Positions 1 through 13,330 of a stretch of 64,000 nucleotides of DNA are shown here, in pieces. The position numbers and the translations under genes were made by a program. Origin of the DNA: Rhodosorus marinus CCMP1338 (lineage: Eukaryota > Plantae > Rhodophyta); the NCBI GenBank assembly GCA_029953675.1, contig JAMWBK010000004.1, forward strand, positions 1,240,001-1,304,000, given 5' to 3'. The notes under the pieces were generated by a model that saw only the letters and a program-made list of their open reading frames with translations, was not told where the DNA came from and did no database searches. Position 1 is the first letter of the stretch, and every line of letters begins with the position of its first letter.

Positions 1-1205
1 CCACGGAGTGGATTCTTTCAGAAACCAATCTGAATAGGATTGAGTATTAAGCCTAGTCTTACCCGCAGATTCGGCAAGCACATCAAACGCTGGGACCTTT
101 GCCTTGTCTTCGTCAACAACAAAAATTCGTCCCTCCGGTACCTTAAAGTCGTCCCGAAGGAACGCAGCCATCGTGGCCATGCGATCTCCTTGAATCTCTA
201 GAGTGTCACGTTGGTCGGGAGCCTGTAAAAGATGTGATTGTAAGAGCTCGGCAAGTTTCCTCATCTGGAAAGCAACAGCCTGAAAGTAGCCGCCGCTGAA
301 GGGAAGTAACAACACACTCACCTTCACGGCGGAAGCTCCACAGGAGAACTTTTTCTTGCAGACTTTTGCCACTTCCGGAATCTTCATGCCGAAGAGATCA
401 AGGCCGTATACGATCTGGGTAACCGATAGAGAACCAACAGAAACTCATAAGTTCGCGGCACAACTCTTGAACGGATCTTTCGGCTCTAAAAGACTGTGCG
501 CATTTCACTATCGTCGCTTTCTCGATGAGCTCGGACGTACAGTAACCTGCTTCCTTCCCTTTCGAGCGCTTTTCTGAATGACAATTTCAGGTTCAATGGC
601 AACTCGTTTCTTCTTCTTCGACTCCTGAAAGGCGGATAACAGCATGTGGTCAGTTGCTTTTTTTCATTGCCAGAGAGCTCGGCTAGCAGTCCTGGATTGT
701 GTTTTATGGTTTCTCACTTTTCCATCTTTCGCTGAACTCTTGGAAATTTTCGCACCGGCCAAGCTGGAGATATTCGAGAGACGAGAAATCAGGTTAGGGA
801 ATTTCACAGCCGATCATCATCTCTCTATGACGAAACCAGCTCACTTCTCGGCGAGGGAACCGTCAACTTCCTCGAGTTTGAGATCGGGATACATTTCAGG
901 AACGGTTACCGCCAGCCATGGTTTACATCTTAACCAAATCCCGAGAGAGCCAAGAAAAGAGTTCATTATGTGATACCGTAACACATTCTATATACGAAAT
1001 CCATCAAAAATAAAAAACGCAATCGAAACCAAGCATCATTCTTCATAGACAAAGGACCAGTTGTATCCCTCTCGTACCTATCAAAGTCCTGTGGAGTGTT
1101 GTACTCACACAGCTCAGGGGGCATCCCGCAGACACCACAATACAAGACCTGCATCGGATATCTAGGATCCTTCTCCTGAACCGTAACCACCTCCTCTCCA
1201 TCCAT
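1..1205 (-). CDS. DENR: Density-regulated protein DENR/Tma22 (SUI1-domain translation reinitiation factor), multi-exon; 3' end may run off the window
   Basis: N-terminal VLYCGVCGMPPELCEY zinc motif (ORF 966..1205). Later minus-strand exons read RCKPWLAVTVPEMYPDL, EPEIVIQKSARKGRKQVT, IVYGLDLFGMKIPEVAKVCKKKFSCGASAVK and TLEIQGD (SUI1 domain), joined by GT-AG introns. Confidence 0.92.
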
Positions 1206-2629
1206 TGTCAGAAGATCTGTTCCTTCGGCGACTAAAGTAATTACACGAGTTGCTGTCTTAGCTATTCGCTTGCTCTCACCAGTTCCACTTTCTAGCAGTC
1301 GCCAACGACCTCCCCGCTACCCGTTCCCTGTGCAAAAAAAAAGCAGTACAATCGCTTCGGGAAGCGAGGGGAAGTTTATGGCGGTGTTCGCGTAGGTGAA
1401 GTTGGTGTCGTATGGCTTTTTTCCACTGCCCGTTGAGAATCGGATTCGAATCGTCTTTGGAGAGGCGCTTCCGTTCGACGTAAAAGTGCAGTCCTATCGA
1501 ACGAAATTGCCTGCTTTTCTCCTCACTTACGCGTTTTAAGACTGACTTCCTGGCAAACTGTTGGGAATTGAAGGACGCCGGGCACCGATCGGATTTCGTC
1601 ACGGATTTCTGACTGTGAACGGAGTGGATATCAGTCACTTGCATCTTCTACATTTCTACGCAACATTTTCATACCACGGTGAAATCCAGGAGTGATCCGG
1701 GTCGTCGCTTCCACAACGTAGGCAATCCAACAACCCGTACTCCCTTGGCTGGATTTTCTCTAGGGCCGCTCTTAGGTCGCATCAAGTCAAGGCATATCAC
1801 AGCAGACATAGGTCGTAGCGAGCCTTTCCATGAGGATAAGTGGACCCAAATAGCCTGCCCGATAGCAATCTCAACTGTCTCTAGAGGTCTTTTGGTGGGT
1901 GTGTATCCTCTGCTCTTTTCCCAATGTTTCTGCAAGTTGCGGCGGGGACTCTTGCTCAGCTTTTTCCTTCGGACGCATCGGCGTTGCAACCATTTGACAA
2001 CTTCGAGCACCTGTCCCATTCTGATATTCCTCAAAAACAAAGAAATCCGTGCGGGGCGAATCAGGAATAAAGTACTAAACGTTGGCTCTCTCTCATGAAT
2101 TTCGATCTTCCTCCGTCACGCGGTGTCAGCACCGGTCCGAATAGCAAGATCTTTCCACTCACTATATGAGACGTTCTGTCTCAAAGTGTTTGGTTTTCGT
2201 GGGTTCATCCTTGGACGCTGTCAACCTTTCCGATGACATTGCCATCGTCTGATCTGATAAAACCAGAGATAGATGATCTCACCCTGCAACTCCGAGCGGA
2301 AGCACAGACGCAAATGCACTCTTGTATTAATGTGAAGAATGGTTTCAATGGCAGTTGGAATGGTGAAGGAGGGGGTAAGCTTGTTTTTTTGGGGTCTGGC
2401 GAATACGTTGCGAGTGCAGTACTTCGAGTGATATCGTACAGGAAGCTAGCAGTAGAACGTAACGGAGTAAAAGGCGAGGGTGAATATCTTCGTAAAAAGA
2501 GATGAGCTATGGAAGTCGGCAAAGTTGAGCGCGATCCGTTTTTGTGGGGTTTGGACTAGCCGCGTGAGTGAGGTTTTGCTGTCCTGAATTTATTGGCTTG
2601 GGGAAGGTCACATTCCGAGTTTCGGAACG

Positions 2630-5398
2630 ATGGAGGAAGATGACATTGATGAGATGCTTCTGTCCGTCACACAGAAGAAAAAAGAGACTGCAGTGGAGAG
2701 TGATGATTCTTCGGCTAGGGTTTACGAAGGAGATGAAGCGTCCGACGAAGATGGCGAGAATCTTGATGAGCTTGAAATGGTTGCTCATGATGGTGATTCG
2801 GATTTTGAAAGTGGATCCGCAAGGAGAAAGCCCAAGAAGAGCGCCGGAAAGGCCAGGGCGAAAGGATCTGGCAGGAAACGCGCCAATGACGAGGACATGG
2901 ACTGGAAAGGAGATGGAGGCAATGACACCGAGTCCTCCGAATACGCAGATCAGTATGACGAGAATCTCTATGGCGACGACGAGGACCGGGAGCGACTTAC
3001 CAACATGAGCGTTAAGGACCGTGAAATGGTGCTTGCAGATAGGTAATATATCTCGGACAATACCAACTACTCCATGGCTTCGCCATTTACTAGCCGGGAA
3101 CGTCGAACAGAATTTGTGATACATGGATTTCACGTACGTTCGTAACCTAGGCCTTGAACGGGCCCTGAACAAGATTGATTCCTGCGTCTCAGGTTTGAAA
3201 CACGGCAGCGTAAGAAGAGTGAATGGGACCTCCGAAGGAGGCTGAGGCGACAGCAGGGGAAACCGAAGAAAGAACGGAGACCACAACGCTCGGAGGAGAG
3301 GTCAAGAGGAAACCGCGATTCCCAAAAGTCCGCTTTGGATAGGCTTGCCGCGGACAAGGCTCGTCGAGAAAGCAGGAGGTACCGGTCATACCCTGAGAAT
3401 CAAGGTATAGGAACGTTTGCTAAGGAGAACATGATTGCCCAACTCGTCTAGGTCTGGTGATGACCGCGGTTGGAAAGCGAGCTCTAAGGGCCCGCCCGTA
3501 ACGTACGCAGACCTAGTCTCAGTGGAGACGAGGACAACTACTCCCGCGTTTGTTCGAAGAGACGTCCTTGCCAAGTGGATAGAGGAAGCGTACTTCGACA
3601 GATTGGTAAAGGGCTTATTTGTCAAGCTATCCGTTGGCGAGGTAGGAAGCTACTAGATCTTGTGTGCCAAGGAGCACTGGTGGTTCAAGTGCCGACTTCC
3701 GGATTTGCATATGGTCTAACCCATGGTCTTGCGTTTTCTCTCCGCAATTTGGCATGACTTTCTGATGCTCATCCTGGATGTGTTAGAATCCAGGGGCGCC
3801 AGGTGTCCAAGTCTATCGCGTCTGCAGAATAGAATCCGTCATTGAGGTTCCTATTTCGAGTCGAGTGGTACGAGCATTTGAAATTTTTGTCAGTTTGTAT
3901 GCTGCGTCGACTGAAGAACAGGTGGCGTTTGAATCTCCCCTTCATGTATAGCAATTTGGAAGTCATTTTACCAACAAGCGGTTAAAGCTCTCCTTTGGGA
4001 CGCTGAAGAAGCCCTTCGACATGACGATGCTTTCCAATCGATCCCCAACGGAGCAGGAATTCGACAGATGGGTAAAGCAAATGGAAGGCGATGGGGAACC
4101 ACTTCCTTCCAAAACTGAGATAGAGCAAAAAGTAGAGGTACTACGCAACCCATACAGCTGCATCACGCTTGGCTTGACAAAAGAGCCGCACGCTGAATAC
4201 CTACGCTTGCTTCTGAATTGTTTAACATAGCAAGTGCGAAGCACGCTCAAGGGCGAAGACCGACCGAGTGAGGAAGAAATTCGAAAGCACCAGGAGAATT
4301 ACGAGAAGGTCAATCCAGAAAGTATCAATCGCGTCGCCAAAAAGAAGGAATTATCGATGAGGATTGAGACCGCGAAGTCGAAGAATGATGATGCTACTGT
4401 GGCTGAGCTGTCTTCTCGACTGCGTTTGATTGAGGTAAGAGTTTGGGACTACCTTCCGTGTGGGAGCCCACCCCGACCAGGAGAGATGCCATCATCGCGG
4501 TGAATTGCGAACAAATCTCCGTTGCGGAGCGCCGATGAGCCCTTGCCGACATGGAGACGTTCTTTGAATTTTTGTTTTGCAGGAAGTGGACGAAAAGATC
4601 CGAACGAAAAGCGAGCAGCGAAAAGCTGAATTGACTGTCACAAACACAAGCGCCCTGCTTCGATTAAAGGCGACAAAGAACAAGGCTGAGAATGACCGGA
4701 AAGATCAAGTAAGCCTACAGGATACAATGCAGGCACTCTTTCAACACCCTGCCCCCCACCTTCCCTCCGAAGCCAAACAGATCAGGGGCGGCTGCGGAGA
4801 CGGGGTCGAGTACAGCTTGTTTTCAATCTTCAAAACGATTGCTGTCGCTGATGGCGTGCGCTTTCTTCCAATAGATTGCTGCAATCAGGAGAACAAAAGG
4901 TGGTGATCAGTCGCAGAACGTCTTCGAACGACTTGAGACCGCAGGTCAATCATACTTTAGCATTAGGAAAACCAAATCACCTGCGCGGACATTGAAAGAA
5001 CAGGAAAAAGAGTTGAACGGGAATGGGCTTGACCTCTCATTGGATCAGGTAAGGCTTTCATCGCCTTTGTCAACCACAGTACCTTATAGTTGGCTCGTCC
5101 AGGATGTACTGCCCTTCTATAGTCTGTCATCTGATCAACTGTGCTGATGTGTTTATCCGCGACGAAGGACTCCGCTGCGATTGCGACGGGGGATGGAAGT
5201 AAGCGGCCTCCAATTTCGAAGCGATTTGATCTCAGCAAAATTGACACCACCATATTTGACGAGTTGCTCCCCATCGAGATTCAGCCAAGCAGAAAATACG
5301 TTCCAGTGCCATTGGACCAAAAAGTTATCTTGCGACGAGAAAACCAAGAACCGAGGAACTCTGTGTCGCTGGAAGAGTTTCTCAAGAAGCCCCTCTGA
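2630..5398 (+). CDS. RTF1: RNA polymerase-associated protein RTF1 (PAF1 complex, Plus3 domain), multi-exon
   Basis: Acidic N-terminus with YGDDEDRERLTNMSVKDREMVLADR; Plus3 segments RRDVLAKWIEEAYFDRLVKGLFVKLSVG and LSNRSPTEQEFDRWVKQM..LPSKTEIEQK; C-terminal SVSLEEFLKKPL stop at 5398. Internal exon boundaries are approximate. Confidence 0.88.
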
Positions 5399-5524
5399 TT
5401 GTATTTTATCACTCAAAAACTACGGTGAAGACCTGTACTCCGCAAAGCAAATGTGCAACCTAGAAGCCAAAATCGCTCGATCGCCGTGAACCCAACGAAT
5501 CAACGGAGAACTGAAGTCGGGATC

Positions 5525-6270
5525 CTAGGCCTCCTCTTCCAGGTTTATGGACTGTGGGAGACAAGATCAGGCAGTGAAAGGTAGAGGGTCAGCAACAGCG
5601 GGGGGGGGGGCGAACCCGCTCCCAATCTCCTGAGGCGGTAATGTAGGCAGTGAGGCCTGACGATGACCAGAGTAACTTACGTTTCCGAACTTGGCGTAGA
5701 GTTCAGTTTTCAGTTGCGTCATAGATTCCACCTTGTTGTCGTACTTCTTCTGCGAATCTTCCATCGTGCGCACAATCTCCGTTTTGCACTGCTCAACAGT
5801 TTCTTCGGCTTCGTCTTTTGCTGTGAATATGAATGCCTATTAAATCATAGAAAAGGAACACACACGAGATCGGTCCAATTACTTAGCTTTGGAAGCCCAC
5901 GACACCCAGATAAATAGCCTGGATTCAATACTGGGACAAACTACTCACGTCACCGACAGCAAACTGCACTTTTTCGTTGTCCGCAGCGAGCATCAGCTCA
6001 TCGGAAGCATCATCGTACAGTTGGTGAAGGTCTTTCCTGACCTGTAAGATAGATCACTTCAAAATTATTTATTAGCGGTCCAACATAATCGGTCCTCAAT
6101 GCCGGGACAGCCAGCCCTTTCAACGGATGGGTGGGCTCCTTTGGTCAATAACGTACGCTTAGAAAGGCCTGCAGTTCCAACTTCTCGTTCAGCAGTCTCG
6201 AGAACTGGTTTATCTTTTGCTGATCCTCCAAGGTCACATTTTTCTCGCTTTCGTCCTCCTTCTTCAACAT
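5525..6270 (-). CDS. PFDN4: Prefoldin subunit 4 (Gim3)
   Basis: Exons read MLKKEDESEKNVTLEDQQKINQFSRLL, LYDDASDELMLAADNEKVQFAVGD, LKTELYAKFGN and SINLEEEA*, which match PFDN4 motifs (VTFEDQQKIN; LYAKFG.NINLE). Confidence 0.92.
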
Positions 6271-6584
6271 ACCCGACATTCTCCGCGGATCTTACCCGCG
6301 CTGTGCACGTCGGCGAAGAAGAAACACCAATTCCAAAGCAGTACGATCCCGGGAAAGACTGATCAGCACCAGATTCAATGAACGCACAAACAAGAAACGG
6401 TCTCTCAGAAATCGAACCAAGCGATGGTCTCTAGCTCCTGCTCTACTCATCCAACCTCTCGACATTTGCCCACCGAGTTTGTATCGGCGTAAAGTACTGC
6501 CTTTCATCAGTGAGTGGAGGAAATTCCAGATTCGGGAGGGAGGGGGAGACAAATGAAAGTACCTGAACAAGATTAAATGTTAGA

Positions 6585-7061
6585 ATGCCGGTGACGACTC
6601 CATCTCTGGAAGCGATTCGTTTGTATCGTGATATTCTACGCACATGTCGAGCTTTTACGTGGACAAACGAAGCGGTGCGTGTGTCAGGATACCTTTTCTT
6701 ACTACTTGGCTTGCGCTAACCCAAAAAACACCCCAAAAAACACAACCCAACTCTAATGTGCTCTCTGTAGGGTGAACGCTGGGGCGTGGTGCTCGCCAAA
6801 AGCGCGAGAAAGGAGTTCGAGATGAACAAATTTCTCTCGAGCCCCGAGCAAGTTGCCAGAAGCCTTCTTGTTGGCAGAAGTGCCCTGGACCAAACTCAGG
6901 AGAGGGTACTTAGTTCATTGAATTCCCACTTGTATGATCCGAGAAAATACTCAGTACACTTCTCACCCCCTTCGCTTCGGACTGGTGTTCCCCATCACCA
7001 ACAGGTTGCTCAAAAACAGCAAGATATTTCGGCCGGAAACACTCCCCCAATCCGCAAATAG
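6585..7061 (+). CDS. LYR-motif (Complex1_LYR-like) small mitochondrial protein
   Basis: MPVTTPSLEAIRLYRDILRTCRAFTWTNEA, a GT-AG intron, then GERWGVVLAKSARKEFEMNKFLSSPEQVARSL. This has the LYR tripeptide plus the downstream R.EF motif. Confidence 0.8.
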
Positions 7062-7357
7062 GCATATTGGAAGGTGCATCATGTCTTCACTAGACGACTT
7101 TGAGCTGGTGTTAAGACGGACAGCATGCTACATCTGCCGAAATAGTCGCGATCGAACGTGCAACGCTGCAAACTGTTCAGCAACCCCGATGAAGAATGTC
7201 AACCCGGACCACCGGTACAACCCAGTCGAACGGGTCTTGTCCTGGGAGTGTGACAGCGATACAAGCAAGTGTTTGGAGGAACCATTCCTATTATCTACAA
7301 CTGTTTATTATTGATCTAGCCCAAAAAAACAAATGTCGACGGGGGTGGAGAATGTGA

Positions 7358-10300
7358 TTATAGATGATACTGCTCGTTCAGTCTCTGGCGAAGCGGATCG
7401 GGGAACGTTGAGTAATACGCTGGCCAGGAAGCCCCCATAACGTTTTTGTACCCAATCAGAATCATCTCAAAGTCTGCCTTCAGTTCTGCTTTGGGTAGTG
7501 ACCTTAGGGCAGATGAGGAAACGGGACAAACAAAGATCCTCAGCGATACGAAACGTCGTTTGTGGTCTTCCGAGCTGTGAATACTAAAACTACAAGACCG
7601 GAAAATATTCTTCTTCTTTGGATCCATGAATAAAAAACTCACCAGGAAGCGACGCAGTCAGTAAAATACAGGAACGAAGGCCCGACCGCTTCCGGATTCA
7701 GTTTCACCATAGCGCACATGCCCCGACAAGCGTCCTCTTTCTCCTGCCCATCCCTAATATTTCTGAGGATGAGACACATCGGTTGTATGATACTTCCTAG
7801 CGCAGGTGCTAGAGACTGCGTATGGATCAAAGCTACTCGACCCAGCGTGATCGCAGTGTTCTCGAGCAGGCTCCGGTTAAGCATCGGTGATTGAAGCGTA
7901 GTTATTAGTCGCGAGAGACTGGCTTCCAAATGAGGTCCAAAAGGTGATGACACATCTGCGCCGTAGTAGGAGCAGGATAGTCTCGCGTCAGAAAAAGGGA
8001 TCCACTCCCATAAAGACTATAGATCCGAAAGAGCGATACCAGGTATCTTATTCGCAGCTCTTACTTTTCCTATAATACATGGCACTTAGTTCTCCAAGCG
8101 CCCAGGTGGCGTTGCTGCACACATTTACAAAACGAACGTCGAGTCCTCGAAAGGTCTCCGCCAGAATGACTTCCATCACTTCCGGCTCATTCAGACCACT
8201 AACCTCGGCTCTGGCGAGGTCGCCGAGAAGGGCGAAAGCCGACTGCCGTACATCCGGTCGAGTTTCCTTCATGGAATGGGTAACCAGCTCCGGGAGCTCC
8301 TTTGTTTCAGTTACGAGCTCCAGAGAGGATCCGAGAGCCTCGGCAATACCCGCGATCAAGTCCAAAGAGCATATGACAAATTCAAACTCGAGCGCATGCG
8401 CATCTATTGTCAAAAGCATTCGAGACCACGGCCGAGAGAAAGTAGCGATCCATCAACCAGTCAGCGGCGGAAAGCAGGAAAGTATAAAACCAGAAAAGAA
8501 GAAAAAAAAAGGCCCAACCAAGCTTCCGGATTTGTATCAACTCACAGTCCGCTGATCGGGAGGCAGCCGCAAAGGCACTCTTTGTTATTGACACGCATCT
8601 CGATAATATCGGGTTTGCGAAATTCGAAGCTTCCTTCCCCAAATGTTTCAGTACCACTGTGAGGCACTCGAAAAGTGGTAACAGGCCGACGTCTCCATCC
8701 ACAAGCTGGTTCCACTTGTCAATCAGCGGCGGCATCAGAGTCTATAGCAGGGATTGATAGAGTTGAAAGAGACGTGTAAGCACCTCAAGACCAGTTCATG
8801 AAGCTACTTTCGATGCATGGTTCATTGCTTAGCGAGCGCACGTTAATGTACATGGGCACCGCCAACGCAGATTCAACGCATTCGGCCATTGTTCCGATGG
8901 CGTCATAGAGTATGAGTTGGTTTTTCCGCTGGTAGCATTTGAACGCCTCAGCAAATGCCTTCGTGACCAATCCCAGCCCACCTACTAGATCTGATCCGAG
9001 CTCCTCCTCGAAGCACGCCAGCGCCGAACACGCAGAGGCCTGAACGCGTTTGTTTCGATCCAGAAGCACTACCAGCAGAGCCTCAAACACGTTCTGCGAA
9101 AGGGGGTTATCTCTCTGGTTGACGATCCATCGCGAGTAGCGGCTCAAAGCCCAACAAGACATCGATCGCACCAAGTGATGATCGTCGCTTAAAAACCGCA
9201 GCAATTGCTGGACGAGATCCGGCAGATACGGGACCATTCCATTCGAGCAACCCTCCGAACAAGCTCCCAGCGCTAGAACCGCACTTTCTCTCATCTGCCA
9301 TCGCTCGCTGTCGCGAAGCCTCAGGCTCAAGATCGGAAGCAGATGATCCAGAAGGGAATCTCCAAACACTGACGCAAGCCCATCAAATGCAGCTGCTGAT
9401 GATTTCCTGACGGACCAGTCCGAGAGCTCATCCTCATCGGCACCGTTCGCCGGCTCTGCTCCGTTCGGTTCAGAATCTCCAGCTTCACCGGCGGAGACAC
9501 TTCGCGCGGTATGGAACTGCGGTCTAATTTCCTCAGGCCGATCAGGAACCGAACAGTCCTCTTCGGAATCTATAAGACCAGGGTCCGTATCCGAGTAATT
9601 CATATTATGCATCAACACGTTGACAATATCGCCCACATACGGAAGCAGAGTTTCACGCGCTACTGGTTTCTCTGCGTACACGAGCCAAAATTCACAGGCC
9701 TCCAGTGCTAATTCTTCATTCGAGCTTTGCGATGTCTGGATCATGTAGGGAACGATTTTCTTCATGTGTTCCTCCAGAATCTCCGGGACAGCCTCCTCTA
9801 GCCTGCATATTGCTACGCAGAACTCCTTTCGAACCTCGTCGCTGCTATCGTTGGCCGCATGGAACAGAGCCTCAAGTGTTTCCTTCATACTTCTCTGCAG
9901 ACCAAGCGGCATGGAAGCCAGCATGTGGTTCACCGCATGTATCACCTTTATTCGTACGTCCTCGTTGTCATACAACAAGAACTTGAGCATCTCCGGGATG
10001 ACTCGAAGAAGCGGCTGCTCGGGATCTTCGTCTAGCTTCTCGAGGGCATCCTCACAAAGCTTGCACAGGGTAGAAATTGAACCGTGCGTATAAGCTTCGT
10101 CGCCCGACTTGAGATAGCCTTCGAGCGCTGGCAATAGTTCGCACCAATCTGAAAGAAAATACGGGAACACGGAACGCTCTGAGTTCGATGAGCATACGGA
10201 GTAGACAACTACGGACTGCTCTATCTAAGCAAGGATAAGGATCAGGAGATCAAACCCGTTTCTCGCAGTTTTTTTTTTCTCTGCATCTGGGTGCATACCT

Positions 10301-10689
10301 TTCAGACCCGATTCCGCCACAACTGAGGCTGCAGCGAGCGATGCAACCTGACGAATCTGTGGAATTGTGTCTCCAATAGCTCTGAGCAGCTCCGTCTGAA
10401 TAAATTCGCGCGATTGCGAGGAGAGCATTCTGTAGGACCTCCTGAGATTGTTTTTCAGCAGCAAGCCTGCACTCTGACGGACGATAGTTTGCTGTTCGTC
10501 CGACAAGTTTGGCCATGGGGCTCCTGCATTCAGGACGTACGCCAAGTACAAATCGAGCTCTGGATGCTCTGCCAATTCCCTCAGAGTCTTATAAGCTGCA
10601 TTCTGTGCCTCATTTGACCCGGAGGAGCCATCCAACAGCATCGACGCCACCCGCGTAACCCCTCCCGGATCTGGTACCCAGCTTCCCAT
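7358..10689 (-). CDS. TNPO1: Transportin-1 / importin beta-2 (HEAT repeats), multi-exon
   Basis: RQSAGLLLKNNL, acidic loop DSEEDCSVPDRPEEIRPQFH followed by DWSVRKSSAAAFDGL, LVRSMSCWALSRY, RPDVRQSAFALLGDL, LLENTAITLGR, and C-terminal LRQRLNEQYHL. Confidence 0.96.
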
Positions 10690-10806
10690 CCCTCCTCAGT
10701 CAACCTATCATTCTGAAAACTTACAGTGGGATGCGCGATTCCCCTGCTCGCCCGCCCCCCAAACCACACCCTGCCCGATCTGCAGTCTACTGCCGATGGA
10801 GCAGGG

Positions 10807-10814
10807 AAACCCTA
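10807..10814. promoter_or_regulatory. Possible telo-box (AAACCCTA) upstream of TNPO1
   Basis: Exact AAACCCTA about 120 nt upstream of the TNPO1 ATG. An 8-mer can occur by chance. Confidence 0.2.
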
Positions 10815-11539
10815 AGAATCCTATCCTCTGACAATATTCCCATCAACCTTCTCTCAGGATGCGCAGAACGAGAAAAATCGCTCCGCTAATGCTGGAAAGA
10901 ACACCAACAGCTAAAGTTTGAAGAAACGCCACACAACCCTAAATCCCCACTCACACCCACACACACACACACACAACCCCCTCCCGTCCCTTCTCCTCTC
11001 CTCCCACCCCCCTTCCAGGCACATTTCCGCAACCGCATGGCAAACCCAAACTCGAAATTTTCGGTCTTAACCAAAAAAAATTTGGTAAGATATTTTTTTG
11101 ACAGCCATTCTCCAGTGATCACTACTACCCACCCCTCCAATCGCCACCAAGGATTCCTCTGAGAAAGTGGTCGAAACGAAAATTACAACGCAATAGACCC
11201 CAATAGATATTTCTATTGAGGTTGAATATTCATACAAATTAGCCCGCGTGTCGGTTGCCCGACTATCATTCTCTGATCCAAAGAGCTGTTTTCATTCTAG
11301 ATTTATTTTGAAGGGTTCCCAGCGTTCAATCAAAATGGGTCTCAACTCATCCACTCACAGCCGCACAAATGTGTCGAGCGTGCGGCTCTGCGTCATTCGA
11401 ATCGGCGTTTTTTCTATGGGGGGATTTTGGTGGTTGGGGTGGTGGGTGGAGCGGATCCGAGGTGTTGTTTTTTTGGGGGGGGCAATCAGTCTCAGATGAA
11501 AAGGGATATGTACGGATGGTGAAGAAGCTCCGGCCTGTC

Positions 11540-13330
11540 ATCGTTTCTTTTTTCCTTTTTTTCGTTTTGCTTTCGGGGGGCGTTCCTTAGAAGGGGAGCT
11601 CTCTGCTAGTCGATCGGATCCGAGGAAGTTCAGATGAACTTGAGGTTTATGAGGTTCATCTGCTAGTCGATCGGATCCGAGGAAGTTCAGATGAACTTGA
11701 GGTTTATGAGGTTCACGGAAGTACTGGCGTAGCTTTACGGAGCTTGGATGGAGTATAATCCCTCCGGACTTGACCTGACTACGAATTTCAGCTGGATCCC
11801 TGAATGTGGAAACTGCCACCTACGCCTAGATTCAGTGAAATAATACGTGAAGTGAAAGAGGAGGTGTTTCGTTGCGGGATTGTATCAAACCCGCTTTGAA
11901 GCAAGGCCCAGGCTAATCGCGAACGATACTCGGCCATCTTCTTACGAGGAAAGCCACAGCTTCTACTTTCCAACCCGTGAAAGGCTTGATTGAAGCGACT
12001 CTTGTTCGACGGCTCTCGAACCCTGTTTACATGTCCTGTAGCAGACCTCTGCTTTTCCGCCCTACCCTGGGATTTATGCTAGGCTATATCCCAATCCGGA
12101 CTTTAGGCCCATTGCTCTAGTTCCCGAAAAAACACCTTTTCCCAGTTCCTTTCAAGGTCTCCCGCGCACTAACCGGATGCCGTTTCTTGCCCAGTCAATC
12201 CGTCATGGCACAGACCTCCGCCGACCATGGGATCCAATGATAATGAATCGAAGTACTTTTTCAAGCTTTTGCCTAGGAGGGCCAGCGGGATCGATCCTGT
12301 AGGTTTATACCTTCGTCGCGGGCGCGGCGCGCAATTTGCTGCAGGTGTAAAGGTGGGAGACTTCACTAGGCTAGTATTGTGATTCACTCGGACGTCCATG
12401 TTGTCTTAAGGGGAAAGATGTAGGTATGAAGCCAAAAGGGGGAGCGTTGGTTGGTTTTGCACTCGGGCGAGTGAGTGGAATGGCAATGCTCCGCCCTGCT
12501 TCCTGAGTACAATCAACTTATCGAGAAGCGCGGGCGCTATGGAGCTCGTCAAGGGCGGTACAGTAGTTCGGCTTGAGAGTTGAGCTAACAATAATGGGAG
12601 TGGGAACGGAGTGTTTTCTGTTCATCGAACGTAGCTCTGCGAAGGACTCTCCTCATGGTGGAGCAGGAATAACGGATGTTGTGGTGGACGTCGAAAAGGG
12701 TGCGGAGGAGAAGTGAGGATATCAGCGCTTAATGAATGATCCATGCCCGCCGGTTTGCCTAGCACACTAGTTTGGGCTAACCCAGATTTGAGGTGAGGGC
12801 CAACTCAATTGTCGTACTCGAAGGATAGTTGGCATCTTCCCCGTCCCTGCTTGAGGTAAAAAGTCCTTGCGGCACGGGCCCGTTTTTTTGAAGATGCAAG
12901 AATAAGTTCTAATGCCTGAGCCCTCTGCCTAAAATTGCATCATCGGCGGTCTACTTGCTAGCGATGCCGATGTGCGCCGCAGCGGGGGCACATCAATGCC
13001 AGTTTGTTTTTGTCCAACTGCTCAACTTGGTTGCCTGGGCTTCAATTTCTATCGCCATCATTTGCTTGCGGTCGAATTCCTTCTCTAACTCAAGTCAAAC
13101 CCTACTTTGTAGGTGCTCTGAATATTGCAACCTGCCATGTAGACTTGGACCCAAATCCCAACCACCTCAAGGTCGAGCTTCTCGACCTCGACTTGAGGCC
13201 CCGCACAGTTGCACTAGTGCAGATCTGCTCGTGCGAACAAGAGCCTAACCTTGCACATGCGCGTTCCCCGTTTTCCCTAGAACACGCGCAGCGTCCGTCT
13301 ACTAAGTGGCTCTTATAACAGATGATTGAC
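11540..13330 (-). mobile_element. Possible decayed retroelement-like remnant
   Basis: Fragmented minus-strand ORFs in a gene-free block. One contains LMCPRCGAHRH (Cx2Cx4H, incomplete zinc knuckle) near 12970 and another has RRM-like AVSTFRDPAEIRSQVKSGGIIL. No RT or integrase motif was recognised. Confidence 0.25.
11602..11715. repeat. Perfect 2 x 57-bp tandem duplication
   Basis: tctgctagtcgatcggatccgaggaagttcagatgaacttgaggtttatgaggttca occurs at 11602-11658 and again at 11659-11715 with no mismatch. Confidence 0.97.

Noticed and set aside
1276-2522. Minus-strand ORFs (105-123 aa) between DENR and RTF1
   Set aside because: No recognisable motif, and I could not join them with plausible introns. 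An orphan gene is possible but unsupported.
2507-3286. 259-aa minus-strand ORF
   Set aside because: Antisense shadow of the acidic RTF1 exons.
11602-11715. CRISPR-like interpretation of the 57-bp repeat
   Set aside because: There are only two adjacent units with no spacer, the context is eukaryotic, and no cas genes are present.
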